From assembly GCA_043819075.1 (NCBI GenBank), contig JBDRFE010000016.1, positions 1 to 13,895 on the forward strand: 13,895 bases of DNA, in the 5' to 3' direction. The stretch's first letter is position 1; every line of letters begins with the position of its first letter. This DNA is from an archaeon (GTDB lineage Archaea > Iainarchaeota > Iainarchaeia > Iainarchaeales > 1-14-0-10-31-34). The notes below the pieces were generated by a model. That model was not told the origin of the DNA and made no database searches. It worked only from the letters and a program-made list of their open reading frames with translations. The position numbers and the translations under genes are program-made. Positions 1 through 8,274 of this stretch are shown piece after piece.

Positions 1-1
1 A

Positions 2-3000
2 CGAATTTTTGTTTCACTAAGAAACCAAAAAAACAGTAATTGTAATGTTTCAGGAGTAAATAATTGTTCAACGCCTATTCAAACAATAGATGACTTAAAT
101 AATGTTATTTCAACTCCTCTGTATTTAAGCTATTCAGTAAAAGATTGGCAGAACCTTGACTATAATTTTGAGGTAGGCGAAACTCCTGTTAGATTAAGGT
201 TTAAAGCTTTAGCTGATGGGTGGTCTAGTTCAACTGCAATAAATGATATTTGGGTTGACAATATTCGGGTAACTGAGTTAGATGGTTCCCCTGTAAAAGG
301 CTATTTGATGATTGTTTCTCCTTTAACAAACCAGTCATTCAAACAAAGAGATTCAATGATTGTTGTATTAAAATTGTTGGATGCAAATGCAAACCAGTTT
401 GAGGGGCCAACTCAAGCAGAATACAAGCTAAAGGATTCTGATTCATGGCAACAAATTCAATTAACTAAAAACTATCAAAAAGAATACTACTTTTTTGTAA
501 CTGCACCAAACGAAATAGGAGACCATAACTTGAGTGTAAGAGTCTTTATGAACGGAGGATGGGTAGAAGAACAAACAACCTACAAAGTTTATGCAATAGA
601 CCTTGACTTGAAAATCAACTTCATCAAAGCAATTCAGGTAATTGAAGATGTTGATTTGGTTGCAGGAAAAGCTACTGCAGTGAAAGTTGGAGTGAACAAC
701 ACAAATGATTTAAATGAAAAAAAGTGGGTTAAGCTTACTTTAAGTTTCAATGGAATAGATAAAAATCAGACTAAAAAATTTGTTGGTGACTACAACTTCA
801 TTTTCTATGTTGATAATCCTTACGAAGAAGCAGGAGATTATACAATAACAGCAGAAATAGATCCTAACAAAATATTTGATGAAAGTGATGAAAATAATAA
901 TTATGAAAACACAGATGTTGCAGTAAAAAATGTTAAAACTTTGGTTTTAATTTTCACTCCTGTTGAAAAAGATGTATATGGACATTACACATATAACAAA
1001 GATTTGTTTCTTGGCAATTATTACATAAATAACTTTGATACTTACTATGAAGATATAATAAATCTAAAAGATTTTTTGTATTCAACATATCCTTTAGATG
1101 AAGTTATAGTAATTCCAAAGTTTAGTGTGTACTGTTTAGAAGCATCTTGCCCAATACATGATGATTACAATGCCGATCACTTACACCTATATCTAGAAGG
1201 GATCAGGAAAGAGCAAGAACTTGCTGGAGGTATTTTGGAATTTTTGAATTTTGAATACAGAGTAGTAGGCATACTGCCAGAAAACTGGTTTAGTGATAGA
1301 GTGCCCCCCTTTAGTAAAAGTGGCGGAGTAACAGATCGGGGAAAATCCGTATTGGGAGAGTATCCGCACACTGTAGTTTTAGCACATGAAGTAGGACACA
1401 CAGTAAAATATAATGGGCTACATTTGTGTGAAGAATATTGGGACAACAACATTCACGAAAAAAACTGTGCTAATCCGACTCCAATAGATTCTAACAGCAC
1501 ATATTGTGTTGACTTAAATTATGCTCCCGGGACATTTTTAGGAAATGTTGTTAAAAATGGAATATGGGTGGAAAAAGGTCCTGAAGAAGAAGAGTTTTAT
1601 AGTGTTGACGAAGGCCTTTGTAACCTTAATAACACTTTTTCTTTTATGGGACGAGCAAAATATTTGCCGCCTAGGAGATGGGCAACTTACGATGAATATC
1701 AACATATATTTTCTGCTTTTGAAACAACTGGTCAAACATACTCATATAGTTCTGGTGAAGACATTTTGTTGTTAAGCGGTTTAATTGAAGTGAATTTAAA
1801 TGTAGCTTTAGATGAGGCTTATGTTATTAAGGGGCAGGAATTTGGTTATTCAGATGGAAATTGTGCAATAAGGACAATTGATGTAAACGGTCAAAACATA
1901 GGAGACTATAATTTTGCTGTTTCGTTTATTATTCAGACAAACCCTCCGACAGAATCAAATTACTCTTCATTCCTTTTAGGTGTTCCTTTCTCTGAAGACA
2001 TTAATTCTGTTCAGGTTATTTGTAACGGTGAATTAAAGGCTGAGAGGTTTGTTTCAGCTAATGCTCCGAGCGTGTCTTTTGTTTCTCCTTCAGGCGGAGA
2101 ACAGTGGACTGGAGATAATTTGATTGAATGGACTGCAAGCGATTTAGATGGAGATGACTTGGAATACGTATTACAATATTCAGATGACAATGGTTCAACA
2201 TGGAATCCATTAGGAATGCATGTTACCGACACAAATTTTACTTTTGATGTAGGCATGGTTGACGGAAACACTTCATACAAAATCAAAGTAATTGCAACAG
2301 ACGGAGTATTAACAGGAGAAGCTATATCAAACACTTTCACAATATTGAATCCAAACATAGAAATTGAACCGTCAAGAGAAATAGATTTAGAAACAATAAA
2401 TAATTTGCAGAATGTTGTAAAAGACTTTAATATAGTGAACACAGGCAACGCAGACTTAAACGTATTTGACATGAATTACTCAGACAACCTGAATGTAACA
2501 GGATTAACTCTGCCAATTATATTACAGCCAGGAGAAAGTCATTCTTTTAGCGTTACCTTGAATGTTTTGGGCATGAACTTGGGTTCTTTTGAAGAAGACA
2601 TTAACTTGGCTTCAAACGACCCAAACCAGATAATAAAGAGAGTAAAGATTTATGGGGAAATAGAGCAAGCAAAACCAGATTTCAGGGTAACAGCAGAAAA
2701 CATTTCTTTTAATCCAGTTTACCCTGATGAGAATGGGAATGTCACAGTAAGTGCTTTGATTGAAAATTTAGGGGACTTGAATGCAAGCAATGTTAGTGTA
2801 AGTTTTTATGCACTTGACAAAAATACTGTTGCTTTGTATAAAGCTGATTCAAATTCTGGAACAATTTTAATTGATGAAACCGGAAACCATAATGGCTCTT
2901 TTAAGGCATTAGGAGAGCCTGCCTGGACTGAAAACTCAAGATTTGGTGTTTCTGCTTTAAGATTTGATGGAACAAATGATTATATTAGTGTTCCTGATAA

Positions 3001-4870
3001 CAGCGAATTAGATTTAGTGAATGAATTGAGTGTTGAGTTATGGTTTTATTTTGATGATTCTACAGCTTGGCAGGGATTGATTGCTAAGAGAAACCAGGAA
3101 ACTGATAGTACAACTAATTTTGGATTGAATACTAATGGAACAGCAATGCAGTGGTATTTTAGGGAAACTGGGGCTGGAGCTTGGGATATTTTATCTTTTA
3201 GCGCTCCATCAAGGTATGCTTGGCATCATTTTATGGGAACCTTCAGACAAGTTAATCCTACAACTGTTGAAGCGAAAGTTTATGTTGATGGAAACCTGCA
3301 GGCTAACACAAATTTAACTGGAAATTTAAGTAATACGGTTAATTCTCATGATTTAATTATTGGTTCAAGTGCTATTAACGTAGAACCCTTTGATGGCTTG
3401 ATTGATGAAATTAGAATCAGCAATAAAATAGGAGAACCCTTTGAGTTTACTGCTGAAAAAATTATTCCATTCATTGACGCTAATTCAAGTGCATTGGTCT
3501 CAGCTGATTGGAATTCTATTCCAGTTGGAACCCAAAAAGTGTATGTTTCAGTTGATCAAGACAATTTAATTGACGAAAGAAATGAAACAAACAATTACGA
3601 TTATAATTCTATTACAGTTTATTCAGAGCCAATGCTTTCAGGAGAATTTGGCTTTAATCCAGTGAATGATTTTGAAGAACAATTTGACTTGAATATTACC
3701 ATAGAAAATCTTGGAGCAAAATTACTGAACGCAAATGCAGAATTAATTTTACCAGAAGGATTAACTATAACAGATTCTTTGACTAAAAGCATTGGAACCC
3801 TAAACTCACATGAAACAGTTACAGTGAACTGGAATGACATTAACGCAGGAGAACAAGGACTAAAAGAAATAATAGTTAATATAAAGGGAACAAATGCTGA
3901 TGAAAACTTTTCAGCAATAACTTTGGTTAGAAGAATTGAAGTGCAAGACTTAAACGTAGTTCAAACGCTTTACCCTGATGACACAAATTTAGCTGAGTTT
4001 GAAGTAAAAAACTTTAATTCAGATATAACTTATGACGGACTATATTACAGGATAAGCATTTCTGGCCCGGAAAACTATTCAACAGACCAGAATACAGGAG
4101 TGTTATATGCAGGGCAGACAAAATCTTTTTCTTTTGACTGGAATGCATGGAAACAAACAGGAAATTACACTCTAACAGTTTCATTATACGATTATTTTGA
4201 TGAATTAGTTGACCAGAAACAAGATGTATTTGAAGTTATTCCGTACAAAGCTACAATGCTTTTATATTATTCAACTGATGGATTAGACTTTAATTCAGAG
4301 TTCAGTTCTTATGCAGACTATTTTTCTAGTGCAGTAAATGAAAGCAATGAATTAATGACAGTTTATTCTTATGACGGAGACTTAAATTATGCTATAAGGA
4401 ATCCGGAGACAATGCAGTGGACAACACAATACCTTGGAATAGGAAACTATCCTTATTTGGTTGCAGACGGAAGTGATTTCCAATTGGTTTACGTTGATTC
4501 AGGAGTAAAATACAGGAAGTATTCTGGTTCTTGGAGTTCAGCTGAACTGGTTTCAAATAAAACTTCAGTTGACCCTGTCTTGACAGCTGACGGAAGCAGG
4601 TTAATTGTCTTGTTTTCCTCTGACACAAACTCAAACAAAAATATTTTCTTAACAGGCTTTAATGGAACAACATGGGAAAACGAAATGGAGTTAACACACT
4701 GCAGGACAGCAAACTGTGTTAATCCAGTTGTATTAGATGAAGGTTTGGTTGAAGGAAAAATAGCTTATGCTTACAGAAAGTTTACAGGAGAAGAGTATGA
4801 GTCATTGGATTCAAATTTAATGAGTTCTTTGTTTGACGTGAATTACTTTTATTGGAGTGAAGTGCAATGA
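2..4870 (+). CDS. Giant multidomain surface/secreted protein with putative metzincin-like (M66/StcE-like) zinc metalloprotease, CARDB, Ig-like, ASH/choice-of-anchor-D-like, LamG and partial beta-propeller domains; 5'-truncated by the window edge
   Basis: The frame is open from nt 2 (RIFVSLRNQK...IWVDNIRVTELDGSPVKGY) straight into the ORF called at 305, so the true start is upstream of the window. Motifs: CARDB-like YTITAEIDPNKIFDESDENNN; HEVGH at 1385-1399 with a candidate Met-turn SFMG at 1640-1651; Ig-like APSVSFVSPSGGE..IEWTASDLDGD..YSDDNGSTW; ASH-like FNIVNTGNADLNV..LQPGESHSFSV..SNDP; LamG ALRFDGTNDYI..WHHF..YVDG..FDGLIDEIRI. No C-terminal hydrophobic anchor. Confidence 0.85.
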   Translation, partial: RIFVSLRNQKNSNCNVSGVNNCSTPIQTIDDLNNVISTPLYLSYSVKDWQNLDYNFEVGETPVRLRFKALADGWSSSTAINDIWVDNIRVTELDGSPVKGYLMIVSPLTNQSFKQRDSMIVVLKLLDANANQFEGPTQAEYKLKDSDSWQQIQLTKNYQKEYYFFVTAPNEIGDHNLSVRVFMNGGWVEEQTTYKVYAIDLDLKINFIKAIQVIEDVDLVAGKATAVKVGVNNTNDLNEKKWVKLTLSFNGIDKNQTKKFVGDYNFIFYVDNPYEEAGDYTITAEIDPNKIFDESDENNNYENTDVAVKNVKTLVLIFTPVEKDVYGHYTYNKDLFLGNYYINNFDTYYEDIINLKDFLYSTYPLDEVIVIPKFSVYCLEASCPIHDDYNADHLHLYLEGIRKEQELAGGILEFLNFEYRVVGILPENWFSDRVPPFSKSGGVTDRGKSVLGEYPHTVVLAHEVGHTVKYNGLHLCEEYWDNNIHEKNCANPTPIDSNSTYCVDLNYAPGTFLGNVVKNGIWVEKGPEEEEFYSVDEGLCNLNNTFSFMGRAKYLPPRRWATYDEYQHIFSAFETTGQTYSYSSGEDILLLSGLIEVNLNVALDEAYVIKGQEFGYSDGNCAIRTIDVNGQNIGDYNFAVSFIIQTNPPTESNYSSFLLGVPFSEDINSVQVICNGELKAERFVSANAPSVSFVSPSGGEQWTGDNLIEWTASDLDGDDLEYVLQYSDDNGSTWNPLGMHVTDTNFTFDVGMVDGNTSYKIKVIATDGVLTGEAISNTFTILNPNIEIEPSREIDLETINNLQNVVKDFNIVNTGNADLNVFDMNYSDNLNVTGLTLPIILQPGESHSFSVTLNVLGMNLGSFEEDINLASNDPNQIIKRVKIYGEIEQAKPDFRVTAENISFNPVYPDENGNVTVSALIENLGDLNASNVSVSFYALDKNTVALYKADSNSGTILIDETGNHNGSFKALGEPAWTENSRFGVSALRFDGTNDYISVPDNSELDLVNELSVELWFYFDDSTAWQGLIAKRNQETDSTTNFGLNTNGTAMQWYFRETGAGAWDILSFSAPSRYAWHHFMGTFRQVNPTTVEAKVYVDGNLQANTNLTGNLSNTVNSHDLIIGSSAINVEPFDGLIDEIRISNKIGEPFEFTAEKIIPFIDANSSALVSADWNSIPVGTQKVYVSVDQDNLIDERNETNNYDYNSITVYSEPMLSGEFGFNPVNDFEEQFDLNITIENLGAKLLNANAELILPEGLTITDSLTKSIGTLNSHETVTVNWNDINAGEQGLKEIIVNIKGTNADENFSAITLVRRIEVQDLNVVQTLYPDDTNLAEFEVKNFNSDITYDGLYYRISISGPENYSTDQNTGVLYAGQTKSFSFDWNAWKQTGNYTLTVSLYDYFDELVDQKQDVFEVIPYKATMLLYYSTDGLDFNSEFSSYADYFSSAVNESNELMTVYSYDGDLNYAIRNPETMQWTTQYLGIGNYPYLVADGSDFQLVYVDSGVKYRKYSGSWSSAELVSNKTSVDPVLTADGSRLIVLFSSDTNSNKNIFLTGFNGTTWENEMELTHCRTANCVNPVVLDEGLVEGKIAYAYRKFTGEEYESLDSNLMSSLFDVNYFYWSEVQ

Positions 4871-6102
4871 AAAAATTGTTAATGGTTTTATTGATTGTGT
4901 TGCTTTTGGGGTTGAGTTTTGGTGACCAGCCGCCTCCAGAAGAAACAATCAAAGACCAGGGTACTGGTTATGAAGACCCTTATTTAAGCGTTTTTTTTGA
5001 TGACCAGAAAGCAGACGGTTATTTTTTTGGATTAGATGAAAATATTATTGTTAATGGGAGAACTAAATGCAATGAATCTAGTTGTGGTGCTGCAAGCTCT
5101 TTTATTCAGTGGTGTGAAGGAATTTCCTGCAACAACTGGCAGAATGCTGGAACAACAGGAAAAATTAGTTTAGTTGCAGGAACAAACCCTGATGTAAACT
5201 CAAACTTGCTGGTAGGAAAATCTTATGACTTGAACTGGACAATAAAAATAACAGAACAAGGCATTTATGAAATAAGAATATTAGCTGATGCAGCTTATAC
5301 TGCCCCAACAGCCACATATCCAACTGCAAGAACCATTTACAATGGTTATTCAACAAAAACAACCCTAATAGACAATAATGTTTTCTGGCAAGACTTTGAC
5401 GCAAACCTGCATTTAACCTGCATTGATGTTAATGCAACAGACTGCAATGCCAGTTATTATAAAATAGATGTTAATCCAAAAAAAGACGTGAATTTTGGAG
5501 ACCTGAATCTATATAATGAAAGCATTTTAGTTTCACAAGACGGAAACATTGGAGTGAAGTATTATTCGGTTGATGCAAACAATAATGCAGAACCAGCAAA
5601 AACAGCTTTTGTTTTAATAGACAAAACAACTCATTCTTTGTTGACACAAAACTTTTTGCCAAACCCATCCAATGCAGCAAAAAATTTTATTCGATTATTT
5701 GATGGAAATTATGGTTTAAGCTATTGCTATAATTCTGGTTCAAATTTAGGTGACGCTTATTTTAGGAAGTCTTCTGATGCATTAAACTGGAATTCTCCTG
5801 TGCAGATTAATTCTGATGCAGGTTCTTGCAGTGGAAATTATAGTGAAACAGGACAAACTCCTTTCAGGACAGGCGAAGGAGGCATTACCTTAACCTCAAA
5901 CTCATTAAACGACTTAATCTTTTTATTCACCGAATGGAACTCAACTAAAGCCTGGACAAAAATCCTGCACTCAAGCGGAGCATGGGAAAACACTACTTTA
6001 ATCAGCGATTCAACCGGAAACAACCCAAACAAAGACACAGTAAATGTTGTAACTGATTCAAACAACGCAATCCATTATATTTTAACCAGCAAAAGCAAAT
6101 GA
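4867..6102 (+). CDS. Secreted protein (signal peptide, Ig-like/OmpL47-type beta module, C-terminal BNR/propeller-like repeats)
   Basis: Signal peptide MKKLLMVLLIVLLLGLSFG; ATGA overlap with the upstream stop; Ig-like motif LTCxD...YYKID...DGNIGVKYYSVDANNNAE..IDKT; Asp-box-like YFRKSSDALNW. Confidence 0.75.
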   Translation: MKKLLMVLLIVLLLGLSFGDQPPPEETIKDQGTGYEDPYLSVFFDDQKADGYFFGLDENIIVNGRTKCNESSCGAASSFIQWCEGISCNNWQNAGTTGKISLVAGTNPDVNSNLLVGKSYDLNWTIKITEQGIYEIRILADAAYTAPTATYPTARTIYNGYSTKTTLIDNNVFWQDFDANLHLTCIDVNATDCNASYYKIDVNPKKDVNFGDLNLYNESILVSQDGNIGVKYYSVDANNNAEPAKTAFVLIDKTTHSLLTQNFLPNPSNAAKNFIRLFDGNYGLSYCYNSGSNLGDAYFRKSSDALNWNSPVQINSDAGSCSGNYSETGQTPFRTGEGGITLTSNSLNDLIFLFTEWNSTKAWTKILHSSGAWENTTLISDSTGNNPNKDTVNVVTDSNNAIHYILTSKSK

Positions 6103-6209
6103 ATTAAAAAACAAAACAACTAATTAAATAAAGAAACAACAAAAATCCGTTAAACAGGAAAAAACAAACAAATTAAAAAAACTCTAAAACAAAAATTAAT
6201 TTGATTTTT

Positions 6210-6731
6210 ATGGACTTAAAAGAAAAAATCAGAAGCATTCCAGATTTTCCAAAAAAAGGAATAATGTTCAGGGACATTACAACACTGCTTCAGGACCCGC
6301 AGGCAACAAAAAAAGCAATTAAAGGAATGCTTAAGCCGTTTGAAAAAGAAAAAATTGACGTAGTTGTAGGAACAGAATCAAGAGGCTTTATTTTTGGGGC
6401 AATCATGGCATGGGAATTAAATGCGGCTTTTGTTCCGGTAAGAAAACCCGGAAAACTTCCATTCAAAACAAAAAAAGCTTCATACACAAAAGAATACGGT
6501 TCAGATGAACTGGAAATTCATTCAGATGCAATAAAAAAAGGCGACAAAGTATTAATTGCAGACGATTTATTGGCTACATCGGGGACTGCTGTTGCAGTAA
6601 AAGAATTAGTTGAAGGATTAGGCGGAAAAATAATCGGCTTCTGTTTTTTAATTGAATTAAGCTTCTTAAAAGGAAGAGAAAAACTGAAACCATACAAAAT
6701 TTTTTCATTAATAGATTATGCTTCGGAGTGA
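6210..6731 (+). CDS. apt: Adenine phosphoribosyltransferase
   Basis: IRSIPDFPKKGIMFRDIT, ESRGFIFG, RKPGKLP, EYG and the PRPP loop LIADDLLATSGT. ATG 6210 (MDLKEKIR) fits the family N-terminus better than TTG 6201. Confidence 0.96.
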   Translation: MDLKEKIRSIPDFPKKGIMFRDITTLLQDPQATKKAIKGMLKPFEKEKIDVVVGTESRGFIFGAIMAWELNAAFVPVRKPGKLPFKTKKASYTKEYGSDELEIHSDAIKKGDKVLIADDLLATSGTAVAVKELVEGLGGKIIGFCFLIELSFLKGREKLKPYKIFSLIDYASE

Positions 6732-6737
6732 AAAAAA

Positions 6738-7511
6738 ATGATTGGATTAATCGGCGGCTCAGGATTTGAAAACCCTTCTTTATTCAAATTAGAAGAAGAA
6801 AAAGAAATTAAAACAGAATTCGGAAAGCCTTCAGGAAAAATAAAAATCGGAACAATTGCAGGAAAAAAAGTTGCATTCATTTCAAGGCACGGAGAAAAAC
6901 ACACAATAAACCCTACTAACGTAAACTACAGAGCAAACATAATGGCTTTAAAAAAACTTGGGGTAAAAAAAATTATTGCTTCTTCTGCGGTTGGCTCACT
7001 AAAAGAAGAATTCAAGCCAGGAGAATTTGCTTTTGTAAACCAGTTCATTGACAGGACAACAAAAAGAACACAGACTTTTTACGACAAAAAACAGGTCTGC
7101 CATATTTCTGTTGCAGAACCATTCTGCAGTGATTTAAGGGAAAAGCTTATCCAGTCTGCAAAAGAACTGAATTTAGAATTCCACGAAAAAGCAACCTGTG
7201 TTGTAATTGAAGGCCCAAGGTTTTCAACTAAAGCAGAAAGCAATTTATTCAGGTCATGGAACGCTGATTTAATCGGAATGACTTTAGTGCCAGAAGCAGT
7301 TTTAGCAAGAGAAGCAGAAATCTGTTATGCAACAATTGCAATGATAACAGACTATGATGTCTGGAAAGAAAAGCCAGTTGACGTTGAAACTGTTTTAAAA
7401 AGAATGAAAGAAAATTCCAAGAAACTGCAAGACTTAATAAAAAAAACAATTCCATTAATAGATGAAAAAGATTGTGAATGCAATTCAGCTTTAAAGAATG
7501 CATTAATTTAA
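6738..7511 (+). CDS. mtnP: S-methyl-5'-thioadenosine phosphorylase (MTAP / purine nucleoside phosphorylase family 2)
   Basis: GLIGGSG, SRHG, VNYRANI, SAVGSL, QFIDRT, EGPRFSTKAES, IGMT, LAREAE, TDYD. RBS-like GGAGTGA at 6725-6731. Confidence 0.93.
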   Translation: MIGLIGGSGFENPSLFKLEEEKEIKTEFGKPSGKIKIGTIAGKKVAFISRHGEKHTINPTNVNYRANIMALKKLGVKKIIASSAVGSLKEEFKPGEFAFVNQFIDRTTKRTQTFYDKKQVCHISVAEPFCSDLREKLIQSAKELNLEFHEKATCVVIEGPRFSTKAESNLFRSWNADLIGMTLVPEAVLAREAEICYATIAMITDYDVWKEKPVDVETVLKRMKENSKKLQDLIKKTIPLIDEKDCECNSALKNALI

Positions 7512-8194
7512 GGCTTTCTTCTTGGCACGAGCGCTTTTCTTGGTTTAGCGTTTGGTTTAGGTCTTCTTTTATTTTTTCCTGCCTCAGCTAATCTTTGCAA
7601 AAATTCTACTCTTTCAGCAGTTGATTGCCTTCTTAATCTGTTTCCTTCACCATAAAATCCTGGGCAGGCTTGCACTAAAGTTTCAAAAGCAGAAACAGCT
7701 TTTGAAGTAAAAGCCTTGTTAATTAACTTTTCTGGAGTCAAAGGAATCAGCCCTTTTTTGTACATCAGGGAAGTAATGTGTTCAGGTTGTCATAGAATCC
7801 CTGTTTTTCTGCTTAACCTTATTGCATGAGCTGCACCCAAAACACTGATTTTGCATCCAGGGATTTTCTGCAAAAAAACTTCTTCTCTTGCAAACACTTT
7901 TTTTGCATCAGCTAAAGTTAAGGCTCTTTTATGGTGCGCTACATTTATTTCATTTCTTAATTCAGGGGAATCCAAAAAAACTACATTGCATTTTTTTTCT
8001 TTTAAAAAATCAATTATCTGTCTCCAAAAATTGTCTTGAGGAGGTATGTTATTTCTGTTGAACAAGGCAGCATAATGTTCTGCAGTGTATTCAACTCCAA
8101 TGTTCATTCCAGGTTTTACTTTTTCTCTGAGAAAGCTTAAAACATTAGGAAGAAGCTTTAGGTCAACAGCAACTCCATACAAAGTTTTCTCCAT
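7508..8194 (-). pseudogene. TraB/GumN/Tiki (EreA-ChaN-like) fold protein with a basic C-terminal tail, interrupted by one in-frame TGA at 7790-7792
   Basis: ORFs 7790..8194 and 7508..7765 are in the same frame and join as ...LSRKTGIL-TGA-QPEHITSL-MYKKG..., 228 aa if read through. The N-terminal part has IGVE, VVFLDS, RE and VLGAAH, resembling TraB/Tiki motifs. Confidence 0.55.
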
Positions 8195-8213
8195 AAAACA
8201 AATAACGAATTAG

Positions 8214-8227
8214 AAGTTAATTAACTT
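8214..8227 (-). promoter_or_regulatory. Palindromic TATA-like element (AAGTTAATTAACTT) upstream of the TraB-like gene
   Basis: Perfect 14-bp palindrome whose TTAATTAA core lies about 23 nt upstream of ATG 8194, preceded on the minus strand by A-rich BRE-like CGAAAAACAAAAG. No RBS, so the transcript may be leaderless. Confidence 0.4.
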
Positions 8228-8274
8228 TTGTTTTTCGTGATTAGGCACAGATGTCAACTGGCTGGGCAGTTGTT

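Noticed and set aside
305..307. ORF-track start of the giant protein
   Set aside because: The frame is open from nt 2 and there is no signal peptide at 305, so the real start is upstream of the window.
6103..6209. A-rich spacer with AAACAA-like units as a possible repeat array or continuation of the upstream gene
   Set aside because: Low complexity with no regular period or spacers; the reading frame hits TAA within 7 codons of the TGA.
1177..7503. Short antisense or alternate-frame ORFs inside the large genes (e.g. 1177-1452, 2011-2472, 6290-6487, 7249-7503)
   Set aside because: They are shadow ORFs fully overlapping well-supported genes and have no recognisable motifs.
7790..7792. Alternative genetic code (TGA = Trp/Gly)
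   Set aside because: apt and lemA end at TGA at their family-typical C-termini, and Trp is encoded by TGG throughout.
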